DNA of 64,000 nt from the NCBI GenBank assembly GCA_031414595.1, contig JANNVX010000015.1, positions 29,084-93,083 on the forward strand. Direction: 5' to 3'. The notes under the pieces are model-generated. The model was given only the letters and a program-made list of their open reading frames with translations. It made no database searches and was not told where the DNA came from. Below, one piece after another: positions 40,292 through 50,553 of the stretch (positions are counted from its first letter, which is position 1; each line of letters begins with the position of its first letter). The DNA is from Deinococcales bacterium. GTDB lineage: Bacteria > Deinococcota > Deinococci > Deinococcales > JAAFIG01. A program made the position numbers and the translations under genes.

Positions 40292-40849
40292 GTGCCATCG
40301 GGTCAAGTTCACAATTTAATCAACACCCTGTCTTTTGTGGGAATTGCGGGTTGTTACGGCTATGCACACGCGGCGGGCTGGGTCAAACTCGAGCCAACGA
40401 CCTTACTCACCTTCTCGGGAGCGTTTATAGCTGGAACATTTATGCTTTCGCCCGACCTTGATTTAGCCGAACAGAACGTGGATTCAAAACGCAATTGGGG
40501 TCTTCTTGGATTTTTATGGATTCCTTACGGGATGATGTTCTCGCATCGTGGCTTGTCTCATACTTGGATTGTCGGTCCACTGACTCGAGTGCTGTATTTG
40601 TGTGTGCTGCTGGCAGTCCCGATTTGGTTACTGCGACAACCCGTTCTCGAGACTGAGTTACCCGGAGTGACCAGAGGTATTGTCCATGACCTCCTAGACA
40701 GTCTGCAAAATGTTTTCTCGAGTGGCATTCTGGCTTCGCAAGCTGTTTTGGGTTTAGCGCTTGGCTATTATGTTTCGCAATGGCTGCATTTAATCGCCGA
40801 CGGGGTTGCACCAGACTTACAAATTTTGCGTAAGAAACGTCGCCGTTAA
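40292..40849 (+). CDS. DUF2227 family metal-binding membrane protein
   Basis: MPSG..H start (GTG 6 nt after TATAAT); LSPDLD, HRGLSH, HLIAD. Confidence 0.8.
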   Translation: MPSGQVHNLINTLSFVGIAGCYGYAHAAGWVKLEPTTLLTFSGAFIAGTFMLSPDLDLAEQNVDSKRNWGLLGFLWIPYGMMFSHRGLSHTWIVGPLTRVLYLCVLLAVPIWLLRQPVLETELPGVTRGIVHDLLDSLQNVFSSGILASQAVLGLALGYYVSQWLHLIADGVAPDLQILRKKRRR

Positions 40850-40884
40850 GATTCTTGCCACCTCTCATTGAAATCTAGCGTACA

Positions 40885-41427
40885 ATGACAGACGCCGTGA
40901 AAACCCAAACCATAACTTACCTCGAGTCCCGTCCTGTGACGCTGACCGATATCTCGTTGCTCCATCAATTTTATAATCACAGTCAGCATTATTTTGATAT
41001 TATTGCTGCGCCTTTACCGACCTTGGAGGATGTCACAAGGGAACTTGACACTGCCTTAAGTAACCCGCGCCGTAACTTAGAGTTTTATCTGCTTGATGGC
41101 GAAGTTGTGGCGTACTTAGACACGACCTTGGATTACCCTAAAAAAGCCGATGCGACGGTTAATTTGTTACTGGTTGCCGAACACAAGCAACACCTTGGTC
41201 TGGGTTCGCAAATAATGCAGCGTTTGGAAGCACGTCTAAAAACCCGAGCCGAACGCATTCTGGCGGGAGTCTTTGGACATAACCCAAGGGCAGTGCGTTT
41301 CTGGGAGCGACTTGGGTACAGTTTTGCGATAGATGCCCGTCCGATTTTGTCTTGGTACGCTAAGCACCTCGAGCCAAGTTTGGTGATTTCGGCTAAATCC
41401 CGAGAAACCGAGGCGGTGCTACGCTAA
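40885..41427 (+). CDS. GNAT family acetyltransferase
   Basis: QHLGLGS and NPRAVRFWERLGY. Confidence 0.85.
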   Translation: MTDAVKTQTITYLESRPVTLTDISLLHQFYNHSQHYFDIIAAPLPTLEDVTRELDTALSNPRRNLEFYLLDGEVVAYLDTTLDYPKKADATVNLLLVAEHKQHLGLGSQIMQRLEARLKTRAERILAGVFGHNPRAVRFWERLGYSFAIDARPILSWYAKHLEPSLVISAKSRETEAVLR

Positions 41428-41488
41428 GTTTTGTCTGTCTTGATTATAAAATCTCTGATTTTAGTACGCCCTTAAAGACAACAGTATT

Positions 41489-42238
41489 TCAAGTTTCCTG
41501 CATACGCATGTTCAGTTGTGTACCAGCAAATTCAAAACCAAGTTTTTCATATAGACACTGAGTGCCCTCAGCCGCCGAAAGCCAACAAAGGTTTTGCCCA
41601 GTGGCAAAGTAATGGCTTAATAATTCTTGGCAAAGTCTAAAAGCGTATCCTTTTGCCTGATGTTGTGGCGTTGTCCAAACTCCAGCCAATTCACCATCTT
41701 GTACACCTTGAATCACCGCGCCAGATACCATTTCTCCATTTTGATTGAGCCACATCCCAGACACAGACCCAGCCTCTAAGCCCAGCAGCATCGGCTCGAG
41801 CCATTGTCCGCCTGTTTCGTCGTCCGTACCGCCAAAGGCAATGCCTTGATGACGCAAAAATTGGGTCACTTCAATATAATTATTTTGCAGAGGCACGCAA
41901 ACTGCTGCTTGGGTAGGCTTGACCAATTGGGTCGCTTCTAAGGTCATGACTGGTGCGCTCATATCAACTTCAAAACCCGCTTGCTCGAGGGCAGATTTTA
42001 GGTCTGGAAAGAGTTGATGAAAATACTCAAGCCGAGCGGTGCGCTGCTGCGCCGCAAAAACACTTTTTAATTCAAAGATAGCCTCTGACCAATCCAAAAA
42101 ATCCATGTGAGGCATGGCAAAACTTAGATGCTCACCTGAATGTTTTGAAATAAAAATATCAAAGCCAGAAGTTCTGATGTGTTCTCGCCCAAATATACCA
42201 ATTTGGCGCAGGCTGTTGGCTAAGCGGTTTAGAGTCAT
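41489..42238 (-). CDS. GNAT family acetyltransferase
   Basis: ELAGVWTTPQHQAKGYA and LYEKLGF. Confidence 0.85.
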   Translation of the reverse strand: MTLNRLANSLRQIGIFGREHIRTSGFDIFISKHSGEHLSFAMPHMDFLDWSEAIFELKSVFAAQQRTARLEYFHQLFPDLKSALEQAGFEVDMSAPVMTLEATQLVKPTQAAVCVPLQNNYIEVTQFLRHQGIAFGGTDDETGGQWLEPMLLGLEAGSVSGMWLNQNGEMVSGAVIQGVQDGELAGVWTTPQHQAKGYAFRLCQELLSHYFATGQNLCWLSAAEGTQCLYEKLGFEFAGTQLNMRMQET

Positions 42239-42247
42239 GATTTTACT

Positions 42248-42640
42248 TTAACGTAATTTCGCCCGAACATCATCAAGGGCTGCTTCAAAAGCATCAATAA
42301 ATACGTCCTCCAAAGTTTTATCATCCTCGAGTTTGGTGGCAAATTCCTCATCACTTGCCCAGCGCAGACGCACATCCCAAGCACTTGAGATTTTACCATT
42401 GGCGGCTATCACATCGCCCAGCCAAGCAACGGCTTCCACGGGGTCTGTAAACGGCGCAAAGTAGCGTTCGTTACGGACTTCATTTTCGCTTGAGACCAAC
42501 CAAACATTGGCTTGGATTCGTCCACCATCACGGCGCAAAAATACTTGGTCTACTTCCCAAGTGTTGAAGCGCTGTATGGCTCGAGCTTGGAATGGTTTGG
42601 CACGGCGCGGCATGATTAACATTAACTGGTAAGTCTTCAT
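42248..42640 (-). CDS. Hypothetical protein
   Basis: 130-aa ORF with a purine-rich upstream region; divergent from guaB. Confidence 0.7.
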   Translation of the reverse strand: MKTYQLMLIMPRRAKPFQARAIQRFNTWEVDQVFLRRDGGRIQANVWLVSSENEVRNERYFAPFTDPVEAVAWLGDVIAANGKISSAWDVRLRWASDEEFATKLEDDKTLEDVFIDAFEAALDDVRAKLR

Positions 42641-42656
42641 CTTTCGTCCTTGGTGA

Positions 42657-44138
<1,482 letters not shown>

Positions 44139-44141
44139 ACT

Positions 44142-44804
44142 CTAATTTGAAGCTTCAACAAAACCAATGTGCATTATAAAACGTGGCAATCCAGACTCGA
44201 GAATGGTATTTGCGCGAAAGCGTTCAAATAATGCTTGAAGTTCAATGTAGAACTTATCGGCTTGATCGGCGGGCATCGTTGCCTCTGCCCAGTCGTGTAA
44301 GGGGCGACGTTCCGACGAAAAGTGGTTGAGGGTTTGGGCTGGCTGCGACATCGGTTGGAGATTCAAACAAGCGCCTTTTTGGTCACGGTATAAACGCAGT
44401 TGCCAATGCTCGGTCAAACGAAAACCTACAGCAGCCACATTTTGTGAAAATCGGTCATAGTCTCGTTGCATGATTCGTTGTAGTAATTCAGTATTGTCTA
44501 AACCCTCGAGTGGAACAACTGGGAATATAAATTCGTCTGCGACAGCTTGATAATACTTAATCGCACTTCCTGCTCGGGTTTCGATTCGAGTGATTTGTAT
44601 GAGATTAAGTTTTAAGAAACGATTCGTCCAATAAGCCATGACGTTGAGTTTTACACCGACTTCTAAGGCAGCATTTTTGACGGTTGTTTCTGTTCCAATA
44701 AATTGAGCGAGGTAATTGGAAACGTGTTTTTTCATAAATAAAGTGGCAATTCGAGGTTGCTTTATTTCTTTGGTCACGAAGCTGGTCAACTTTTGTTCTG
44801 TCAT
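44142..44804 (-). CDS. Putative winged-helix transcriptional regulator
   Basis: TVKNAALEVGVKLN...LNLIQITR...GSAIKYY; divergent from a membrane protein gene. Confidence 0.65.
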   Translation of the reverse strand: MTEQKLTSFVTKEIKQPRIATLFMKKHVSNYLAQFIGTETTVKNAALEVGVKLNVMAYWTNRFLKLNLIQITRIETRAGSAIKYYQAVADEFIFPVVPLEGLDNTELLQRIMQRDYDRFSQNVAAVGFRLTEHWQLRLYRDQKGACLNLQPMSQPAQTLNHFSSERRPLHDWAEATMPADQADKFYIELQALFERFRANTILESGLPRFIMHIGFVEASN

Positions 44805-44964
44805 CTGACCAGTTTACCCTGTAGATTTTTTTCACGCCTAAAACAAACTGTTTAGGCTTTTGATAAGCCAGTGTAGATTCTCTAAAGAAGTCTTTTTGAC
44901 TTGTTTGCAGCTAAGTTTTTTCGTAAAAAGAGTTAGAGAACCTATGCGGCAAAGCGAGGTTATT

Positions 44965-46038
44965 ATGAATAGTGTTAGTCAGCAAAGCTCAGGTCAACGC
45001 TTACGTCCCTATGCTAGTCAAGTTGATAATTTTGGAACAATAATTCTTGGCTTATGGTTAATTATCGGGGTTTTTATTGATGGTTTTGCCCATAATAATT
45101 TACGAGGCACGATAGAAAGTTTTTTTACACCTTGGCATGGCATTTTGTACAGTGGGTTTGTGGCAGCCGCAATTTGGACAATGTGGTTGGTGATTCGTGA
45201 AATTCGCCGTGGACATACAGGTTTAGCCGCAATTCCAGTTGGTTATGAACTAGGGTTGCTTGGCGTGTTTATTTTTGGAGTCGGTGGCATTGGCGATTTA
45301 ATCTGGCATCAAGTTTTTGGAATTGAAACAGATGGAGCGGCTTTATTATCGCCAACTCATTTACTACTTTTAACTGGTGGAACACTGTTGGTCACCAGCC
45401 CACTACGTTCAAGTTGGGCAGCACTTGGTCGCACACCAGGTTTTATTGAGTTTCTACCAACGTTACTCTCGAGTTTAGCCGCCTTTTCTTTTGCTTCTTT
45501 TTTTCACCTTTACGGCTGGGGATTAACCAATGTCCCAGATGGAATGGTGTACATGGATTGGTTAAAGAAAAATACCAATGGCGGCTCGATTTTTGTGGCA
45601 CATGCGTCGTATTTAGCGGCTGTGGGTGCATTGTTTAGCAACGTCATTATTATCTCAATGGTACTTTTTTTGCTGCGCCGATGGCAGACTCCATTTGGTA
45701 CTTTCCTCATTATTTTTACCTTGAACACTACAGGGATGGCAATTATTGGTGGCGCAGCCAATGGGGTGGCGATATTGGCAAGTGCTTTGGCTGGATTATT
45801 TGCAGACGTGTTTATTGCGTGGCGCAAACTATCGAACAAAAATATTCTCGAGTTCCGCGCCTTGGCATTACTACTACCACTTGTGATTTGGGGATTGCAT
45901 TATCTTATGCGTCATTTAACGGGTGGAATTGCACTCGAGGTCGAATACTGGACAGGTATTACCCTCATGACAGGTTTAAGTGGTTTGGTTTTAAGTCTGT
46001 TGATACTACCGCCCGAACTGCCAAAAGGAATAGATTGA
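44965..46038 (+). CDS. Polytopic membrane protein with two D-x3-H...P-x-H motifs
   Basis: DGFAH...FFTPWH and DLIWH...LSPTH; about 10 TM segments. Start uncertain (44944 or 44965). Confidence 0.75.
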   Translation: MNSVSQQSSGQRLRPYASQVDNFGTIILGLWLIIGVFIDGFAHNNLRGTIESFFTPWHGILYSGFVAAAIWTMWLVIREIRRGHTGLAAIPVGYELGLLGVFIFGVGGIGDLIWHQVFGIETDGAALLSPTHLLLLTGGTLLVTSPLRSSWAALGRTPGFIEFLPTLLSSLAAFSFASFFHLYGWGLTNVPDGMVYMDWLKKNTNGGSIFVAHASYLAAVGALFSNVIIISMVLFLLRRWQTPFGTFLIIFTLNTTGMAIIGGAANGVAILASALAGLFADVFIAWRKLSNKNILEFRALALLLPLVIWGLHYLMRHLTGGIALEVEYWTGITLMTGLSGLVLSLLILPPELPKGID

Positions 46039-46068
46039 ATCCTTCTTAATGCAAGGTAAGATGAGCTT

Positions 46069-47214
46069 ATGAACTTAACCGATGACCAACGCGCTGTTCT
46101 CGAGATGGTGACTGATTTTTGCAAAAAAGAAATCGCGCCATTTGCTGCTCAGTACGATAAAAGCGGCGAGTACCCTTGGCGGCAACTCGAGAAACTAGCA
46201 GAACTTGGCTTGCTCGGTGCAACTGTGCCAGAAGCGTATGGCGGCTCTGGACTTGATGCTGTGACTTATGCGTTGTGTCTCGAGCAAATCTGTAAAGCCG
46301 ATGCTAGTGTGGGCGTAATTGTTAGCGTGACCAACGGTTTACCACAGCAAATGCTGCTGCATCATGGTACTGAAAGCCAAAAACAGCGCTGGCTCGTGCC
46401 ATTGGCTCGAGGCGAAAAAATTGGTGCGTTTTGCCTGACCGAAGCCAATTCGGGTTCAGATGCCGCTAGTTTACGAAGTCGCGCAACTCAAGACGGTACA
46501 GATTGGATTCTCGAGGGGCAAAAAGTCTGGATCACCTCTGGCGGACAAGCCCAGACCTACTTGGTGATGGCACGTACCAACAACGAACGCGGCTCGAGGG
46601 GAATTAGCTGCTTTGTTCTCGAGAAAGGGATGCAGGGTTTAAGTTTTGGTAAACCCGAAGAAAAAATGGGCTTACACGCGGCTCACACCACGACGGTCAA
46701 CATGGATGGTGTGCGGGTCCCCGGCGAACACATGATAGGCACTGAAGGACAAGGACTGATTATTGCCCTCTCAAGCTTAGATGGTGGAAGAATTGGCATT
46801 GCCATGCAAGCCATCGGCATTGCCCAAGCTGCTTTTGAAGCTGCCAGAGATTATGCTTTTGCCCGTGAGCAATTTGGCTCGAGACTGTCCGAGTTTGAAG
46901 GAATTAGTTTTAAGATTGCGGACATGGCAACGCGAATTCACGCCAGTCGTTTATTGGCACTAGACGCTGCCCGCCTCAAAGAGGCTGGAAAACCATACAG
47001 CAAAGAAGCAAGTATGGCAAAACTCTTTGCTTCAGAAACTGCAAATTTTGTGGCTAAAGAAGCGATTCAGATTTTTGGTGGCAATGGTTACAGCCGAGAA
47101 TACCCAGTCGAACGCCATTACCGCGATGCCAAAATCACCGAGATTTACGAAGGCACTTCTGAAATCCAGCGCCTTGTCATTTCGAGACAAGTTTTTAAGG
47201 ACTCGAGGCAATAA
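46069..47214 (+). CDS. Acyl-CoA dehydrogenase
   Basis: FCLTEANSGSD, KVWITSG, EEKMG, REQFG, IYEGTSEIQR. Confidence 0.95.
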   Translation: MNLTDDQRAVLEMVTDFCKKEIAPFAAQYDKSGEYPWRQLEKLAELGLLGATVPEAYGGSGLDAVTYALCLEQICKADASVGVIVSVTNGLPQQMLLHHGTESQKQRWLVPLARGEKIGAFCLTEANSGSDAASLRSRATQDGTDWILEGQKVWITSGGQAQTYLVMARTNNERGSRGISCFVLEKGMQGLSFGKPEEKMGLHAAHTTTVNMDGVRVPGEHMIGTEGQGLIIALSSLDGGRIGIAMQAIGIAQAAFEAARDYAFAREQFGSRLSEFEGISFKIADMATRIHASRLLALDAARLKEAGKPYSKEASMAKLFASETANFVAKEAIQIFGGNGYSREYPVERHYRDAKITEIYEGTSEIQRLVISRQVFKDSRQ

Positions 47215-48615
47215 TTATTTGTAATAATTTTTAAGCATCTCTTGGTATTCTGGCGGCAAACGTGGGTCAAGCACCGCAGATTCGGCGGCTCGGCGGTACG
47301 TTGGGCTATTGGTGGGGCTGGTGAAACCATTTCTTGGGTCGCCGGGTAGTTGCAAAGCGCCACTGCGGACATTGTTGCCTTTGGGTGTGCCTTGGAGGTA
47401 CTCGAGTTTGCCCTTGCTGCTTTGACGGTTGGCAGCCACAGGGTTGCCTTGTGCGTCCCTTGCGCCTTGTCCGGGGCTGGTGTTGCGGCTTCCATTCCCG
47501 TTCGGGTTTTGAGGGTCAAACCCTTGGTAGTCCTCACCTTTGTCTATTTTGTCTTGAGGGTTACGTCCACGTTGTCCACCTTCTGTGCCGTTACTTGATT
47601 GGTCTGCGCCATTTTGCCCATTTTGTCCAGTGCCGTTTTGTCCACCCTGAGCGCCGTTTTTTCCGTTCTGTCCTTGTCCGTTTTGGCTGCCTTGTTGCCC
47701 ATTCTGCCCGTTTTGGTTGCCCTGTTGTCCGTTCTGCCCGTTTTGGCTGCCTTGTTGCCCGTTCTTGTTGCCTTGTTGCCCCTGTCCAGTTCCACTTTCC
47801 CCGTCGCCATTTTTTCCGTCGGCACTGCCCGAATTTCCAGCGCTTGGTGGGTTGGCATCCTCGACTTTACCGCCAGATTCTCCTGTTTTATTTGGGTCGC
47901 GGTCCCTTACTGCGCCACGCTCTAAGGCTTCTAAGAATTCTTTAGAGATGGCTTCGGGGTCTTCGGTGGCACTGCCACCGCCGGGTTTCAGAGCGCCTAA
48001 ATTCTGCTCCGACGCACTGCCGCCAGAAGCTGCCTGCCCTGGTTTGGCATCTGCTCCTGCTGGTGGTGCATCTCGAGTCGGTGCATCTAAAATTGGTTCG
48101 GAGGATTGTCCGGCTGCTGAAGAAGGTGAATTGGGATTATCAAAAGATTCTCGGGTGACAGTGCGGTCAGTTGGGCTAAGGGCAGCATTAACGGTGCGAG
48201 GTGGTAATACCAGCAGCAAACTTAAAAGGAGTGCCATACCCAAACCCTCGAGCCACGGGAGGGCTGGGAGGTCGGTGTTTTTTTGGGTCGCAAGCGCCAT
48301 GTTCAGCAAGCGGTTTTGGAAACCATGTTCGTCTGGTTTGGCGCTTAGGGCAGTGGTGTAGGCTGCGCCAGCCGTATTTTCGATTTCTTGCAGGGTTTTT
48401 TCTGGTTTGGCGGTTGGCATAAAAACGCCAAGCAGCGCAAGCAATAACCACAACGGCGACGCGCCTAAAGCCCAGACCACCAAAAGTAAAAGTGCCACAC
48501 CAATCAGCACGGCTCGAGTTTTAATTTGAATGGCGCGTCGGGTAAACCATTGGCGGTGCAAATTTAAGCTGGGGTGTTGCCAGTAAGTGGGTAGATTTAA
48601 CTTGCGGCGTATCAT
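47215..48615 (-). CDS. Membrane protein with a long Gln/Gly/Asn-rich tail
   Basis: SD AAGGAG and ATGA overlap at 48612-48615; TM segments; terminal RLPPEYQEMLKNYY. Confidence 0.75.
   Translation of the reverse strand: MIRRKLNLPTYWQHPSLNLHRQWFTRRAIQIKTRAVLIGVALLLLVVWALGASPLWLLLALLGVFMPTAKPEKTLQEIENTAGAAYTTALSAKPDEHGFQNRLLNMALATQKNTDLPALPWLEGLGMALLLSLLLVLPPRTVNAALSPTDRTVTRESFDNPNSPSSAAGQSSEPILDAPTRDAPPAGADAKPGQAASGGSASEQNLGALKPGGGSATEDPEAISKEFLEALERGAVRDRDPNKTGESGGKVEDANPPSAGNSGSADGKNGDGESGTGQGQQGNKNGQQGSQNGQNGQQGNQNGQNGQQGSQNGQGQNGKNGAQGGQNGTGQNGQNGADQSSNGTEGGQRGRNPQDKIDKGEDYQGFDPQNPNGNGSRNTSPGQGARDAQGNPVAANRQSSKGKLEYLQGTPKGNNVRSGALQLPGDPRNGFTSPTNSPTYRRAAESAVLDPRLPPEYQEMLKNYYK
47678..47781 (-). 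repeat. 30-bp coding tandem repeat (GQQGSQNGQN units)
   Basis: About 3.5 copies of CCGTTTTGGCTGCCTTGTTGCCCATTCTGC. Confidence 0.85.
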
Positions 48616-49118
48616 GTCACTCCTTGTTGGCGGGGTTTGGTCAAAAGCATCAAACCAATACATACAATACTCGAGCCAATTAAGACAATCATTGGTAAAG
48701 CATAAACACTGGGCTGAAAACCATTAAAAAAAAGTGCCAGCACGCCCAAGGCAGGAAAAATCTGTGAGGCGCTGGGCAGCATCCGTGCAAAGCCATATGA
48801 ACCTAAAGCAATCAGGTAACTCGAGAAAATACTGCTTGGGAAGCCTTCGCGGGCTTCTATCGAAAATGCCCAAAGTTCTGGCGGTGCAAGAATAATTGCC
48901 CATAAGGTTAGGGCGCTTAAGGCATCTAGGGGTTTGGCTTGGTGCAGCATTGCGCCTAACACCATTAACCCAATTAAACGCAAACAACCTATCGCATGAA
49001 AGCCCAGTGGCTCGAGTCCAGTGGTTCTGGGGCTAAGGGCAGCCAGGGTTAGTATCTCGAGGGCAATGACCACACTGAGGACTTGATAGGGTATTTCTTG
49101 TTCAAAAATATCGTTCAT
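48612..49118 (-). CDS. Hypothetical membrane protein
   Basis: Several hydrophobic helices; overlaps both neighbours. Confidence 0.65.
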   Translation of the reverse strand: MNDIFEQEIPYQVLSVVIALEILTLAALSPRTTGLEPLGFHAIGCLRLIGLMVLGAMLHQAKPLDALSALTLWAIILAPPELWAFSIEAREGFPSSIFSSYLIALGSYGFARMLPSASQIFPALGVLALFFNGFQPSVYALPMIVLIGSSIVCIGLMLLTKPRQQGVT

Positions 49119-50365
49119 GGCTGTTCCGCCAAGGCAATCAGGAGTGTGCCACCTTCTTGTTGCGCCATCACGCTTCCTTCAGGCAGAACTTGCATCAGGT
49201 CTACATACTCATCCCACGGCAGGGTTTCATAAATTTGGCTTTGAATTTGCCGACTTGCACCAACGGCTAAGGGTTCTTGACGACCAAAGCCACGAATAAA
49301 AATTTTATCGAGCTTAGCGCTACTTTCGTTGATTAACTTGCCGTTCTCGAGCCGCATCGGGATTCGGGTCGCCGACGGCGGGGTGAGGTAACGGATTTGC
49401 TGCCAACCTGCGTGTTGTAAAGTGGTGCTACCAATTTTGTAATCGCGCTGAATATGATTTGTGCCTTCCAAGGGTAGTACACCTGCCGGCAAATTCCAGT
49501 CTGGACGCAAAGAAAAACGGGCGTGAATCGTCCACTTTAAGCCCCAACCGCGAGCGCCAATCAGCACCGTGCGTTTGGTTTCATGAAACGGGGCTACTGG
49601 TTGCGATGCCCACCAACCCAAAACCGCTAAAACAGTGCTGCCAGCCGCTAAACCAATGGTGTAACGAATCTCAGAACGCTTTAGGCTGTACAAAAAAAGC
49701 AGCACCACAAAAGTCACCACCGACCAAAGCCCGAGGGCAAAATGACGGCGCTCTGGGGCTTTAGCCGTCGGAGCGTGCTGCTCGAGAATTTTTAGCAACT
49801 TAATTTGCGGTGCAGAGGTTTTTATTGCTCCTAAGCCAGTATTTCCGACGGGTATGCCAGCAGAGATTTCTTTTAAGTTTGCACCCCCAGCCAAGACACT
49901 TAAAGCAGTTTGTGGCTCGAGGCGACCAAAAATCGTATGTCCCGCCAAGTACAAACTCGGCTCTAGTGGCAAGCGGGTTTCATTTAATTCAAGTGGTACA
50001 GCACTGGGTTCAAAGCGTTTGGTGATTGTGCCAGTCGCACCACTTAAGGTAATTTTTACCATACGGGTCGTGGTGATTGGCAGAATTAACCGTGTTTCCC
50101 GGATTCCAGTTTCATCGGGCAATTCTAAAAAAGCAGTAATCGGAGTTAAGCCCTCGAGAACCCGCCCTTCAGAAGTCTCGAGCTTGGCAGTAAACGCCCC
50201 GCTATTTGTGGCAACCAAACGAAATTCCACCCAGCTTTGACTCGAGAATTGCCCTTGCCAGCCGAGTTCGGCAAAAGCTCCGGGTATTTGCACCCTACCT
50301 TCGTCTTCGGCTCGAGCCATGCCGAATAGCAGTAAAGCCACCAAGAAAAAACAGACTCGAGTCAT
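49115..50365 (-). CDS. Hypothetical exported/membrane protein
   Basis: Signal peptide and two internal TM helices; ATG 6 nt after TAAACT. Confidence 0.7.
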   Translation of the reverse strand: MTRVCFFLVALLLFGMARAEDEGRVQIPGAFAELGWQGQFSSQSWVEFRLVATNSGAFTAKLETSEGRVLEGLTPITAFLELPDETGIRETRLILPITTTRMVKITLSGATGTITKRFEPSAVPLELNETRLPLEPSLYLAGHTIFGRLEPQTALSVLAGGANLKEISAGIPVGNTGLGAIKTSAPQIKLLKILEQHAPTAKAPERRHFALGLWSVVTFVVLLFLYSLKRSEIRYTIGLAAGSTVLAVLGWWASQPVAPFHETKRTVLIGARGWGLKWTIHARFSLRPDWNLPAGVLPLEGTNHIQRDYKIGSTTLQHAGWQQIRYLTPPSATRIPMRLENGKLINESSAKLDKIFIRGFGRQEPLAVGASRQIQSQIYETLPWDEYVDLMQVLPEGSVMAQQEGGTLLIALAEQP

Positions 50366-50553
50366 GATGGCAGTTTACAAAGTAAACCGGTTAGAAGGGT
50401 GTCAAGGTTGTGGCTTTTTTCTGAAGCTAGATTGCTCAAAAGCAGTGCTGCTTTATCATAGGGTGTGTCCTGCAAAATACCGAAAGGCTGGAAATTTTCA
50501 ATTCGGCAAGACACAATGGTGCTGGACTTAAAAAACAGCTAGACTACTGGTCT

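Noticed and set aside
47334-48361. Long plus-strand ORFs, including a Cys-rich one
   Set aside because: They are antisense shadows of the Q/G/N repeat gene.
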